Shown here piece after piece: positions 12,273 to 23,164 of a stretch of 64,000 nt of DNA (position 1 is the first letter of the stretch; each line of letters begins with the position of its first letter). The translations under genes were made by a program, and so were the position numbers. The stretch lies in NCBI GenBank assembly GCA_028023455.1, contig JAQFVV010000011.1:2356001-2420000 (forward strand), given 5' to 3'. Below the pieces are notes generated by a model. It made no database searches and had not been told where the DNA came from. It worked only from the letters and a program-made list of their open reading frames with translations. This stretch comes from Epiperipatus broadwayi. Taxonomy: Eukaryota > Animalia > Onychophora.

Positions 12273-14512
12273 GAATTATTATTCATTAAATGAAATGAAT
12301 GACTAATATGTGTTCCAATAACTTTTTTTACCCTAGTAGGCAGAATTGCTGTCAGTGAAAAACTTTATAAAAGTGAAACAAATTTTAAATAGCCCAAAGG
12401 TAGAACAAAGATATCTCTAATAAATTTCCAAAAGATAATAGTAAATAACGCAGCGCAAGAGACTCCAATTGTTGGATGTAAGGGTTTAAGCATTTTCTTG
12501 TTTTTTTTTACCTTCTTTCTGACAGGTAAAATCTTTAAATAATATTTATTGTTTAATATTGCATGATTAAATGGAGAAAAAAAATCCGTAGAACTGAATT
12601 TTTTTTCTAGATTATTCGGGATTTGAATTCGCCATTATCTACAAGGACTTCCTTTTTAAAAATACATTGAATCAAGTACAGATTTTTGTTCTATAACTTT
12701 CAAAGTAAGACTTGAAAACTAAATTCATTATTTAAAAATTTTACATTATTTATAACAATATACATATATTGAGAAATCAAAGTAATAAAGTTTGGTTAAA
12801 ATATCCATTAAAGCTTAATATATATATATAATCCAGTAAGCAAAAACAGTTTGTTAGAAACTATTTCTAGATCATTTTTTAAATATCGATTTTTAAAAAT
12901 AATTTTTTCCATCTCATAAAAGATACTACACTGAAATATCATTAATTTTGACTGAAAGAGTATTATAAATTAAATCGAATATTTCATTTTCTTTCTTTTT
13001 TAATAAAAAAAAAAACACGTTGACATTTGAAATGTAAATTTAAAAAGAAAATCAATGTTAATGACTTTTCCATAGCTCAAAAAACTATTCTATTAAATTT
13101 TAATTATACAACTTTATTATAAAATATAATTCCTACTTCATACTATTTTAGAGTAAGAATTAAGTTATACGTTTTGGCTACAAATCAACTACGAGTTCAA
13201 TAAACGTTAATAAAATTACCCAAAGCTTTTATAAACTTGATAATAGGTAATTGATCACATTAGCATATAATAAATTAACTTTGATTATTTCATTAATGAA
13301 AACTGAACACGTAAAAATATACTGCGAACAGAGAACGACATTATGTACTAAAGATAATCAATAAATTAATATTAAGCTTCATACATTAATAAAAAAATTG
13401 ATCACAACTTTAATTAAAATTTTTAATAAAAAATGTAATTTTTAATAAAAATTTAGATATATCTTTAAAAAAAATGTTGAAAAACAATTTCTATATAAAC
13501 ACTTACAGAAATTATTTTCAAACTTTCTCTTCTGTAATATGGTTGTAATAATCAAAATACCTCAGTCACTGAGATGGTTCAGATCCATGAAAATGGAACT
13601 TTAGTCTCCCATTCTACCACTACACTAAATGAAACTGTCTATAAGTATATTAAATACAAATCAGCAATTTTTGGAAGTTTCTAATTATTTTTTATTATAA
13701 ACATATGCGACTACATTAATGCATATGCAACTTTAATTTTACCACATATATTATAATCTCATGAATAAAGAAATCTGAAAAAAAGCAAATGTCCTCCCAA
13801 ATGCATTTCATGTTAAATCGACACTCCAACAGTTAATACAGGTCCACAATCTCTCATGCTTTCACAATAAATTATAATAATTTAGTATATATATATATCA
13901 CAATAAACCCAAAGAAAAGAAGTATTATAAGTAATGGGGAAACTTAATTTAGCCTCAAGGAGACTGTCAATTAGTTGTAGTTGATAATTTTCTGGCAATA
14001 TTAAAGGAAAAGGTTATCTCTGTTTACATGGATAAAATCTCATTCTGTTCTTTATTAGAATAACAATACATTAAAACTATTTAATTCAATATTTATATTT
14101 AGAAACTTGATGCATATAAGTATTTTATAGGTAAAAAGATAAAACACCTTTGAATTTCTTGCTATAAAGCTATGAATTTTCCTACAGGGAAAGAATAAAG
14201 AAAAGATAATACACACAGGTGAATCAAAAGCCAGATCAAACAATTTACATATTTTACCTCATTGTTTTACTCTCTAACTAAGAGTAACTAAATATTTATT
14301 CATTGAGTAATAACCAAGTTGATAATTTAAAAGGAAAAAAAATTTAAATTCTGGCTGTGGACTGAACAAATGGATGTGCTAACTATCATATAATCAAGTC
14401 CTTCATATATTTTGTCAATTAAAAAATATGTTAAATATTTAGAAATCAATTTTTTGATTGATATATGAATTTCTTTTTTCTAGCCAAATTGTTTAAGACA
14501 ATACTCTATATA

Positions 14513-14943
14513 AAAAGGCAGGTATAATATTTTCTTTTATCAATAGTTATCATAATGTAACAAGAGGTCATTTCAATTATCTATAATAGCAGTGATATCT
14601 GGAGTTAATCCTAACACATTAGAAATAAATAATAGATACTGTAAATATAATATATATTATTTATTTCATGAATTGATTTATTGTTTACAAGATTTAACTT
14701 GAAAGTAATTTCAGATTTGTCGATGAAAAATATCATTCAAATGAAATATTTAAAAATAAATTACTTGATTGATATAAAAATCCTATCCTTCTAGCCTAGG
14801 TATTTAAGATACTTCTTCATAAATAGAAAAAAGAAGCAGGTATAAAAACAATATTGTTCCTTTTACAAATAGGGTTATCTGTAGTTAGAAGACATTTCAA
14901 TTATCTATAACAACAGTGATATCAGGAGTTAATCCTAACATAT
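14513..14943. repeat. Old direct duplication of ~110 bp, spaced ~320 bp apart
   Basis: catttcaattatctataa...cagtgatatc.ggagttaatcctaaca occurs at ~14570-14615 and ~14893-14941, and the upstream gcaggtataa is shared. Confidence 0.65.
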
Positions 14944-15432
14944 GTAGATACTTATTATTATCACAATCTTCAGTTTTTGAGTGAAACATTTTACTCCAAT
15001 AATAAATATTATGTCAAATAATGTATTTCTGTGTTGTTTACAGCAATGGTACAAAACAAATTTATACAGAGAAGCCAAGCTTATCACTTTCAGTGTCAGA
15101 ATGCAACTTAATTTTCCAAAAGATTAACCCATTCAATAAAAAAATGGAATGGTTTATTGCTTTGGAGTTCATAAAGAATTTGGACACTTTAAGTGACAAG
15201 GTTGGACCATAATCAAAGAAGCTGCCACTATCACTGCACCAAATTATATAGGGTAACCATTCAATTATTTTATTTAATAAAATTAATTATAAAATCTTGA
15301 AATTAATCTATTTGTATATTGAAAGTATCTTTTAGTACCAGTTATCTAAAGTCCTTTCTTATCAATTTAATCATTTAAACTTATAAAAATAATGAAAGAA
15401 TCAGTGATTTATACTATTATATATATATTACA

Positions 15433-16938
15433 TTTAAAATGAAGAAGTGAGAAATGCAATTAAATGTATGAAAAAAGGAAAGGCTCCAGGTAATGATGGA
15501 ATTATAATTGATATATTAAAAGAAGCAGGTGAAGAAACAGAAAAAATATTAGCAAAGTTATATACCAAATGTCTAAATGATAAAGATGTACCGGATGATT
15601 GGAAGAATGCAGTAATAATATTAATATTTAGAAAAGGTGATAAAGAAGATATTAGAAATTACAGACCTATCAGCCTTTTATCAGTTTTATATAAAATTTT
15701 TACCAAGTTAATTACAACTCGTCTACGGAGAACCTTGGATTTTCACCAACCAAGAGAACAAGCTGGATTTAAAAGTGGTTTTAGTACAGTAGATCATATT
15801 CAAGTATTGAGAGAAGTTATAGAAAGGACAAATGAATATGAGTTGTCATTATGTTTTGGATTTGTAGATTATGAAAAGGCATTTGATTCTATAAACATTT
15901 CTTCAGTGATTAAAGCATTGGATCATCAAGGTATAGATCCAGGATATTGTCATATTTTAAAGAATATTTATAAAAATGCAACAGCAACAATTAGATTACA
16001 TAATGATACTGGGAAAGTCAACATTGAGAAAGGTGTAAGACAAGGTGACTCCATATCTCCAAAACTTTTTACAGCAGTGCTGCAAGAAGTATTTTGTGGA
16101 TTAAAATGGGAAACTAAAGGAGTGAAAGTAAATGGAGATTATTTAAGTCATTTAGATTTCGCAGATGATGTAGTTTTTTTTTGCAAATAATGCTTCCTAG
16201 CTGCAGGAAATGTTGCAGGAGTTATCAGATGAAAGTAGGAAAGTAGGACTAAAGATAAATGTTAAAAAGACTAAAGTAATGTTTAATCGATTTGCTCCAA
16301 ATATGAAAATAAAGATTGATTATGATGAATTAGAAGAAGTTAAGAGTTACAAATACCTTGGTCAGATTATTAATACAGATGGAAACATAATAGATGAAAT
16401 TAATCATAGAATTAAACTTGGTTGGAGTGCTTTTGGTAGAAATAACTTGATATTAAAAGGAAATATGCCTATGTGTTTGAAAAGAAAGGTTTTTAACAAA
16501 TGTGTTTTACCAGTTCTTACTTATGGATCTGAGACTTGGACACTTAATAGAAGATCAATACAGAGACTTCAGACCACTCAAAGAAGTATGGAGAGATGTA
16601 TGTTGGGAGTAACAAGAAGAGATCGAAAACGCAATGTATGGGTAAGAGAACAAACAGGTGTTACTGACCTCATTGAAAAAATTAAAAGATTGAAGTGGAG
16701 TTGGGCTGGACATATTGCTAGAAGAGATGATAATAGATGGACAATTGAAATTTTAAACTAGATTCCAAGAGATTGTAAAAGACCCAGAAGGAGACCACAT
16801 GTAAGATGGATGGATGAAATAAGAAAATGTGTAGGGGTGATGTGGAGAAGAGAAGCTAAAGATCGGAGAAGATGGATTAAACTTGGAGAGACCTTCATCC
16901 TGCAGTGGATTGATAATGGTTGATAATGATGATGATGA
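15433..16938 (+). mobile_element. 5'-truncated RTE-clade LINE (reverse transcriptase, disrupted)
   Basis: ORFs 15447-16190 and 16210-16761 have RT motifs (KAPGNDG, NYRPISLL, VDYEKAFD, KGVRQGD, FADD, YLG). Frameshift in the T-run at ~16175 and a TGG>TAG stop at 16759. RTE-type end ...cctgcagtggattga with a (gat)n tail. TSD atatattaca at 15423-15432 and 16939-16948. Confidence 0.92.
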
Positions 16939-17732
16939 TATATTACAACCTATGAGAAATGAAGCAAATGACCCAATTCATCAACAGATAGTGATGATGA
17001 TGAATCATGCATAATAGCTGGAACAATAACATGGTAGACCATGCTAAGAGAGGTTCAGGTATTCAATGATAATAAGAATAATAAGAGTGAAAAATAACAA
17101 TAATGACTAAGCATTATTAAAGCAAAATGCAACATTTAGTAAAATTTAAGAGGAGACTTCTCATACTCTTTATAAATTATTACAGGTCTTATTATCAGGA
17201 GCATATATCATTAAAGAGTTAGGTTATATTTAAAACCCCACCTACAACACTTCTTCCAATAATAGCACATCTAACAACTATGAAAAGTATTTTACCTACA
17301 TGATCAGATCCACAACCAAATTATTTTCATAAAATGAAAGCATAAATTATAATGTTTTACTACAGTGATGTTTTTAAAAATCAATTCTTACTTTGAATTG
17401 CAGTGGGCCGGTCACATATTTAAACTCTCCAACCCTAGGATAGTATGCAATGACTTGAAGAGTGACTGTAAATGAAAAATCAAAGAAACATACTTTATTA
17501 CAAGCAACAATAACTCCATTAACAGATGTAACAGTTGCTTTGATATTTCCAAACATTGAGATAATTGAATAATTTAAATATAATTTGCATATTGCCATTT
17601 ACATTCTACTTTGCAATTAAGTCAAATAATTTTTACTTTTGGAAAATATATGTATTCAAGTACGAGTGCGTGTGCGGCGCAACTGTTCCCAAAAGCTATT
17701 AATACAAAATAGCTAACTAAAAATAATAAACT

Positions 17733-17774
17733 AGCTGAGCGCTTTCAAAGGATCTTGCCTTCATAATCATAGCT
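17733..17774 (-). ncRNA. Minimal type I hammerhead ribozyme motif, A3/U8 core variant (3' pseudo-LTR of the PLE)
   Basis: Minus strand reads AGCT-ATGATTA-TG-AAGG-caagat-CCTT-T-GAAA-GCGC-TC-AGCT: stem I AGCT/AGCT, stem II AAGG/CCTT, palindromic GCGC loop, UC cleavage site. Confidence 0.7.
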
Positions 17775-17804
17775 TGCTAATACATTTAATGATATGCAAA
17801 TATG

Positions 17805-20085
17805 CTAATTCCATTTTTTTGATAAAGCATAGCACGTGTCCTTCCTATTTATGGCATCGTTGTCTCGTGAGATGAATAAAGCCTCTTTGATTTTTCTTTT
17901 AAGGTCATGTCTCTCTCTACACACGATTGTGGGATTGTCTGGAATGCACTCGTGGTGACTTGTGCTCTGGTGCTGATAGAAAACTGAATAGGTAGAAGGA
18001 TCATTGCGAGCTCTATTGTATGAATATTTATGTTGTGCTAATCGTGTGGCCAAAGATGCTCTACTTTCCCCATAATATGTGCCTTTACAATTATTATTGG
18101 AACATGCAATATTATATACTGTGTGGGGGGGGGTCTGTAAAAGTGGAGTTTGGTCTTTAGTGTTATTAATTAAATTGTTAGAATTTGGAGGGGTTCGAAA
18201 ACAAAGCTGATATTTGTTGTTAAGGATGGAATGCAATTTCTTGTGTAAATTGGATATATATGGAAGCAATAATCTGGGTTTATCCTGTGTGATGTGAGAG
18301 TTAAGACGTTTATTCTGTATATGTAAAAATTTTTTGTCAACAATGGATTGCCTGAACCCTAAATTCAATAGGTCATCTCTGTATTCTATTACATTTGCTT
18401 TTGCATCTGCCTCAATTTTACACAACAATCTGTTTCTGTGCAAAAAAGATGCTAGGCCAGATAATTTATGTGCTATAGGTGTGTTAGATTGGGGGTGTGT
18501 ATGGCATCTGATATCCAATGGTTTGATGGCCATACTATAATGGCAGTGGTTGTTTTCTCTTTGTATTTTGACATCAAGATATTTAACTTGTTGGTGAGTG
18601 TCTTCAGTTGTGACATTCACAACTAGTGCTGTGCTGGTTTCCAATTCAACCTTGATCCGTGTGATGATCTCAGAGGTGGCAGCAATGAATAGGTCATCCA
18701 CATATCTAGTGTATACTAGAAAGCATGACGGGTTTAGACTAGGTATGATTTTTCTCTCATAGTAGTTCAGGAAGATGCTGGTAACTACACCACTCAGTGG
18801 TAAACCCATAGGCCAGCCTTGTTTCATGGAGAACCACTGGTTTCTGAAAAATGCCACAATGTTGCTGTCCAACCAACATAGAAAGTCATGGATGAAATCT
18901 ACTTGAGGTTGAGCTATTTTTTGTGTCAAAAGTTCATCTCTGACAATTTGGATCGACTTGTTTCTATTGACAGAGCCATATAATTCAGAAACATCCATAG
19001 TGGCCAATTTGATGTTTGGGTTTAGTTGTAAATCTTTGATGGAGGACACGAACTGTGCAGATGAATTGATAGTGTATGTTCCAAAGCCCAACATTTGGAT
19101 GAGTTTTTTGTTCACCCACTTGGCTGTCTTTGCATAATGTACTCCACTGAAGTCTAGCATTAATCGGACCGGTGTGTTGTCTTTATGCATTTTGGCACTT
19201 CCAAAAATCCTGGGTGGCACTGATGACGATGGGTATAGACTGTAATATTCTGACTTTGTGAAGGCTTTATTGCAATGTTTTTTAAGGATGGATGAAATGA
19301 ATTTATCTCTATTGTTAGCAATGCTGAACTGATCAATTTTATGAAACTGTAACTTATTAATCTGTATGTTAATCTTGTCTATGTATTCCTGTGTGTGCAT
19401 CAACACAAATATGTTTCCCTTGTCTTCACGCATGCATGTGATTCTTTCTGACTCAAAGAATTGCTTGGTTGTTTTTACTTTTATATCCCACTGTTTGGTG
19501 TTTGATTTTAATGGTGCTTATCTCATTGCTGTGTTGATTTGTGCTGTATATTCGTCTTTTTGAGGTTCTTGGTTGAGTCCAGCCTCTATGTCCGCTATTA
19601 ATTCCATATCCGGTTGTTTCCATGTCCCTCTGACGAATCTGGGGCCTTTTGATAGCACACCTTTTACTTCACTAGGGGGTGTTGTTTGTGTTAGCTTCAC
19701 GAATGTCTGCTTATTGTCATCAGGGATGTTTATTCCTTGCTTGTGCGCTAGAAATACAAACTTCTTATTGTATTTGAATGCCAACTTCCTCTCTAACTTT
19801 GTGCAATGAAAGATGATGAATGGGTTTTTGGGAAAATGTGCCAATATTCTGTGGCTCCTCTTTCAACGCCTTCTGGCAACCTCTGATAACGAGATCTAAA
19901 AGTTGTTTTCTCATTTGCCAGTAAATGTTGCTGTAGTTGTACACTGCTCAGTTAAGATTGAAGCTGCAAAATCTAGAAAATACATGGAATTGTCTACATC
20001 TTTTTAAGAAAATAATTCTTTGCTGTAGTTTGCAAATCGACAAGCTAATTTTTAATATCTGCCTGTCAGCAACTTGTTTCTCCAT
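17805..20085 (-). pseudogene. PLE ORF (N-terminal region + RT + GIY-YIG), ~760 codons, disrupted
   Basis: ATG at 20085 (MEKQVADRQILKISLSICKLQQRIIFLKRCRQFHVF). TGA near 19950, a 1-nt frameshift near 19880 and an in-frame TAA at 19518-19520, then 542 open codons to 17805. Confidence 0.9.
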
Positions 20086-20387
20086 ACACGTAATAATACG
20101 ATTAAGTCAAATAATTTTTACCTTTGGGAAATATATGTATTCAAGTACAATAGAGCTCGCAATGATCCTTCTACCTATTCAGTTTTCTATCAGCACCAGA
20201 GCACAAATCACCACGAGTGCATTCCGGACAATCCCACAATCGTGTGTAGAGAGAGACATGACCTTAAAAGAAAAATCAAAGAGGCTTTATTCATCTCACG
20301 AGACAACAATGCCATAAATAGGAAGGACACGTACTATGCTTTATCAAAAAAATGGAATTAGCATATTTGCATATCATTAAATGTATT

Positions 20388-20437
20388 AGCTAGCTATGAT
20401 TATGAAGCCAAGATTCTTTGAAAGTGCTCAGCTAGTT
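20388..20437 (+). ncRNA. Second copy of the PLE hammerhead motif (inverted pseudo-LTR)
   Basis: agctAGCT-ATGATTA-TG-AAGC-caagat-TCTT-T-GAAA-GTGC-TC-AGCTagtt. Same A3/U8 core and an 8-bp stem I, but stem II and the loop carry substitutions. Confidence 0.55.
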
Positions 20438-20523
20438 TATTATTTTTAGTTAGCTATTTTGTATTAATAGCTTTTGGGAACAGTTGCACCGCACACGCAC
20501 TCGTACTTGAATTCTACTTTGCA

Positions 20524-23090
20524 CTATTTTTTATGGCTATGAATATGAGACTAAATGCCTTAAAAGCACTCAGCTGTCAAGTATTTTATTGATTCATATA
20601 AGTATTTATTATAACTTCTCTTTCCAGCACCTCAAGATGCTTGTAAGTTTGTTTACACTCCTTTGTAAATTAATATCTCAGGGTTCTCTTAAACAACAGT
20701 TTAATTAATGTAAGCTTTATTATTCTTTTCCTTTAAATTTAGGATTATTAGACAGAGATTTGGATCCTAGTAATTTCATAGTGAGATTTAGTGAAGTTTA
20801 TGGTTGGTAATAGGTTATTTTTGTAGTTACAAGCTGATGAAAAGGCATACTTTTGCATATAATGAGAGGTTGGTTTTGAAGAGAGAGTTGGTTATGCATT
20901 CAGCATCATTTTTCAGGCTTTTCTGGATCTTTTGTCTCATTTTAGAGCGCCTTAGTTACAAAGGAAATCCAAGAAAATTACTTGGTTTACCATGATAAAT
21001 TTGCATATGTATCTTGCCAGTGGAAAGAAACCAAGCTGATGTTTTACTAATGTCGGCCTTGAGTTTATATGTGAAGGTGTATTCATTAAGTACTTTTTCC
21101 ATAGATAGTTGTTTTTTGGAGATAAGAAAAACAGTAAGGTCATCCATGTATGCAATACATGGTGTATATAGTCTAGTATGTGGAATTTGAATTACTTGCA
21201 ATTTTTGTTGTATTTTGTTTATGAGAGGGTTAATGTATAATATAAATGATAAAGAACTGAATGGAGATCCTTGAGGTATGGATTGGTGAGGAGAGAATGA
21301 AAGTGATGTTCTACCATTAATTGTAATATATATTTCATGAATAAGGAGTAGATTGGTTAGTAGGTATAAAAGAGGCGAGATGTTTTGGTATCTGCAAGTA
21401 TCTGAACTAAAATTTCAATAGGAACTGAGTCAAAAGCAGCCTCAATGTCAATTTGAACAGCCATTGGAGTATTTTTTCTGCCCTCAAACTGAATTTACAA
21501 TGGTTTTGAAAATGAGAGTAGCTTGGCCTGTTGATGAGCCTTTTTTGCATGTTGCATTGGTGATAATAAAGGGAGAAGAGGTGATTCAATTTTATCTTTT
21601 TAAAATCTTTTCCAGGATTTTAATACCCAAGGGACTCCATGGAGATTGATCACAGATTACATAGATGGGATATTAAAGCTTGTTTTTTGTTGAATGTTAA
21701 ACAACCTTTGTGATAGATAATTTGCTAAATCACATAGATATGTGGTGGTAAACTGACTGAGATGCACAAAACCAAATTTAGGAATACCATGTGGCCCTGG
21801 ATGACAAGTGTTTGGTATTGTGGTTAGCTTCAGCAAGAAATAAGTAGCATGAAATTGTTTATCTAACTCTGGTTGGTCAAAGAGATCTTCAGGTGGTGTG
21901 AAAGCACAATGTGACTGCAGCATTAGTTTAAAATATTTGTATATTGATTCTATCATAGTATTTCCAGCTTTGGTGATATTCTTGGTTTCAAGTCCTTATG
22001 GAACTGACAGTGAAAGGACATTCTATAGCCCAATATAATTTACCTCAAGTCCAGGTGTATTGTTTTGTTAAACAGATTTTTCATTTTTGTGGCAAGGTAC
22101 CCTTTTAGAGTGTTGCAGGTGTCATTTTATACTTGTGTAAGTCTTTTTATATGTGTGTAGGTACTTGGTGCAGATTTACACATGGTGACTCTTTTATGTA
22201 ACTCATCAGCCAAAGTTAGGAGTCTTGAGAGTGGTAGTGTGGTTCTGGTAATATGATTTATATTAAATGACAGAATATTGATAAAGGAAATGTACCATTG
22301 AACAGGATTAAAGTTGCATAGTGCTAAGTTTAAATAACACAATGAATGTTTCAGAGCACCAAAATTCAGAAGTCTATGCAGGAATGAATTATTCTTATTG
22401 TTTTATGAAGTTGAATTATTGATGTTTGCATTGCACTTAGATTGAGTTTGAGCATTTGACTAGAGTGATCAGAAAAAGATGAGGGATTAAGTGTTAACTT
22501 AATTAAGTGATGAAGCATGGGTGAACAAAAGCACAGATCAATAGGTGAGGTGGATGATGGTTGTAGAATAAGATGGAGTTGGGTGGTAAGAAACCTTCAG
22601 CACTCATTAGGGGTATTGAAAGTTGATGTAGACACTTTGAACCAAGTGTAATAACTCATGTTAAAGTTGCCCATTAAAACAACTGGATAAGAGGTTGATG
22701 ATCATAACAAACTAATGGTAAGCAGTAATCTTGAGATGACAGCTGATCCAGGAGGTATGTAAACAAAAATTATGTTGAGTGCAACAGTACAATGATGAAA
22801 AGTGACTATAAGTAGGTTTGAGTTGATATATATAATTTTAAAGGATGAAAATTGACAGGTTCTTGAGATGACCAGGCCAGTGCCTCTTGAAGGTGATGAT
22901 GAATCTCATGAAATATGGAAAAGCTTCGGGTTCTTAAATAGGTTGTGGAGTCAGTCTGACTATATATTTTTGTTTCCAGCAGACCAAGGATGTGTGGCTG
23001 TGTAAATTGAATCCAATTAATTTGCTGGAGGTTTTTTTAAATTGAGTTTAGACCTTGAACATTGAAAGCTCCTATCCTTATTTTTATTGA
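20524..23090 (-). mobile_element. Decayed L1/Tx1-like LINE ORF2 (APE endonuclease + RT), 3' part missing
   Basis: The minus strand gives IRIGAFNVQGLN (~23085), LGLLETK, VLMGNFN (~22670), IDLCF, FSDHS (~22465) and CIAYMDDLTVF (~21150), with many stops and frameshifts. Confidence 0.85.
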
Positions 23091-23164
23091 ATAGAAATAT
23101 TTATTATTATTATTATTATTATTATCATCATCATCATCATTATCATTATGATGATGATGTTTTA

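Larger units (their letters stand above)
17616..20510 (-). mobile_element. Penelope-like element (Penelope/Poseidon-type) with inverted pseudo-LTR and 13-bp TSD
   Basis: RT (MDVSELYGSV, GWPMGLPLS, RYVDD) and GIY-YIG (TVYNIAC..C..TYYGES..L..RL.QH) lie on the minus strand. 20140-20510 is the reverse complement of ~17650-18019. TSD attctactttgca at 17603-17615 and 20511-20523. Confidence 0.95.

Noticed and set aside
13563-13600. Hammerhead-like ctgagatgg...ccatgaaa
   Set aside because: The core lacks one nucleotide and there is no stem I or UH partner.
17374-17598. 74-aa ORF next to the PLE
   Set aside because: ATG-started, but no recognisable domain or splice context.
18334-20317. Plus-strand ORFs 18334, 19366, 19573 and 19937
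   Set aside because: They are antisense shadows of the PLE ORF.
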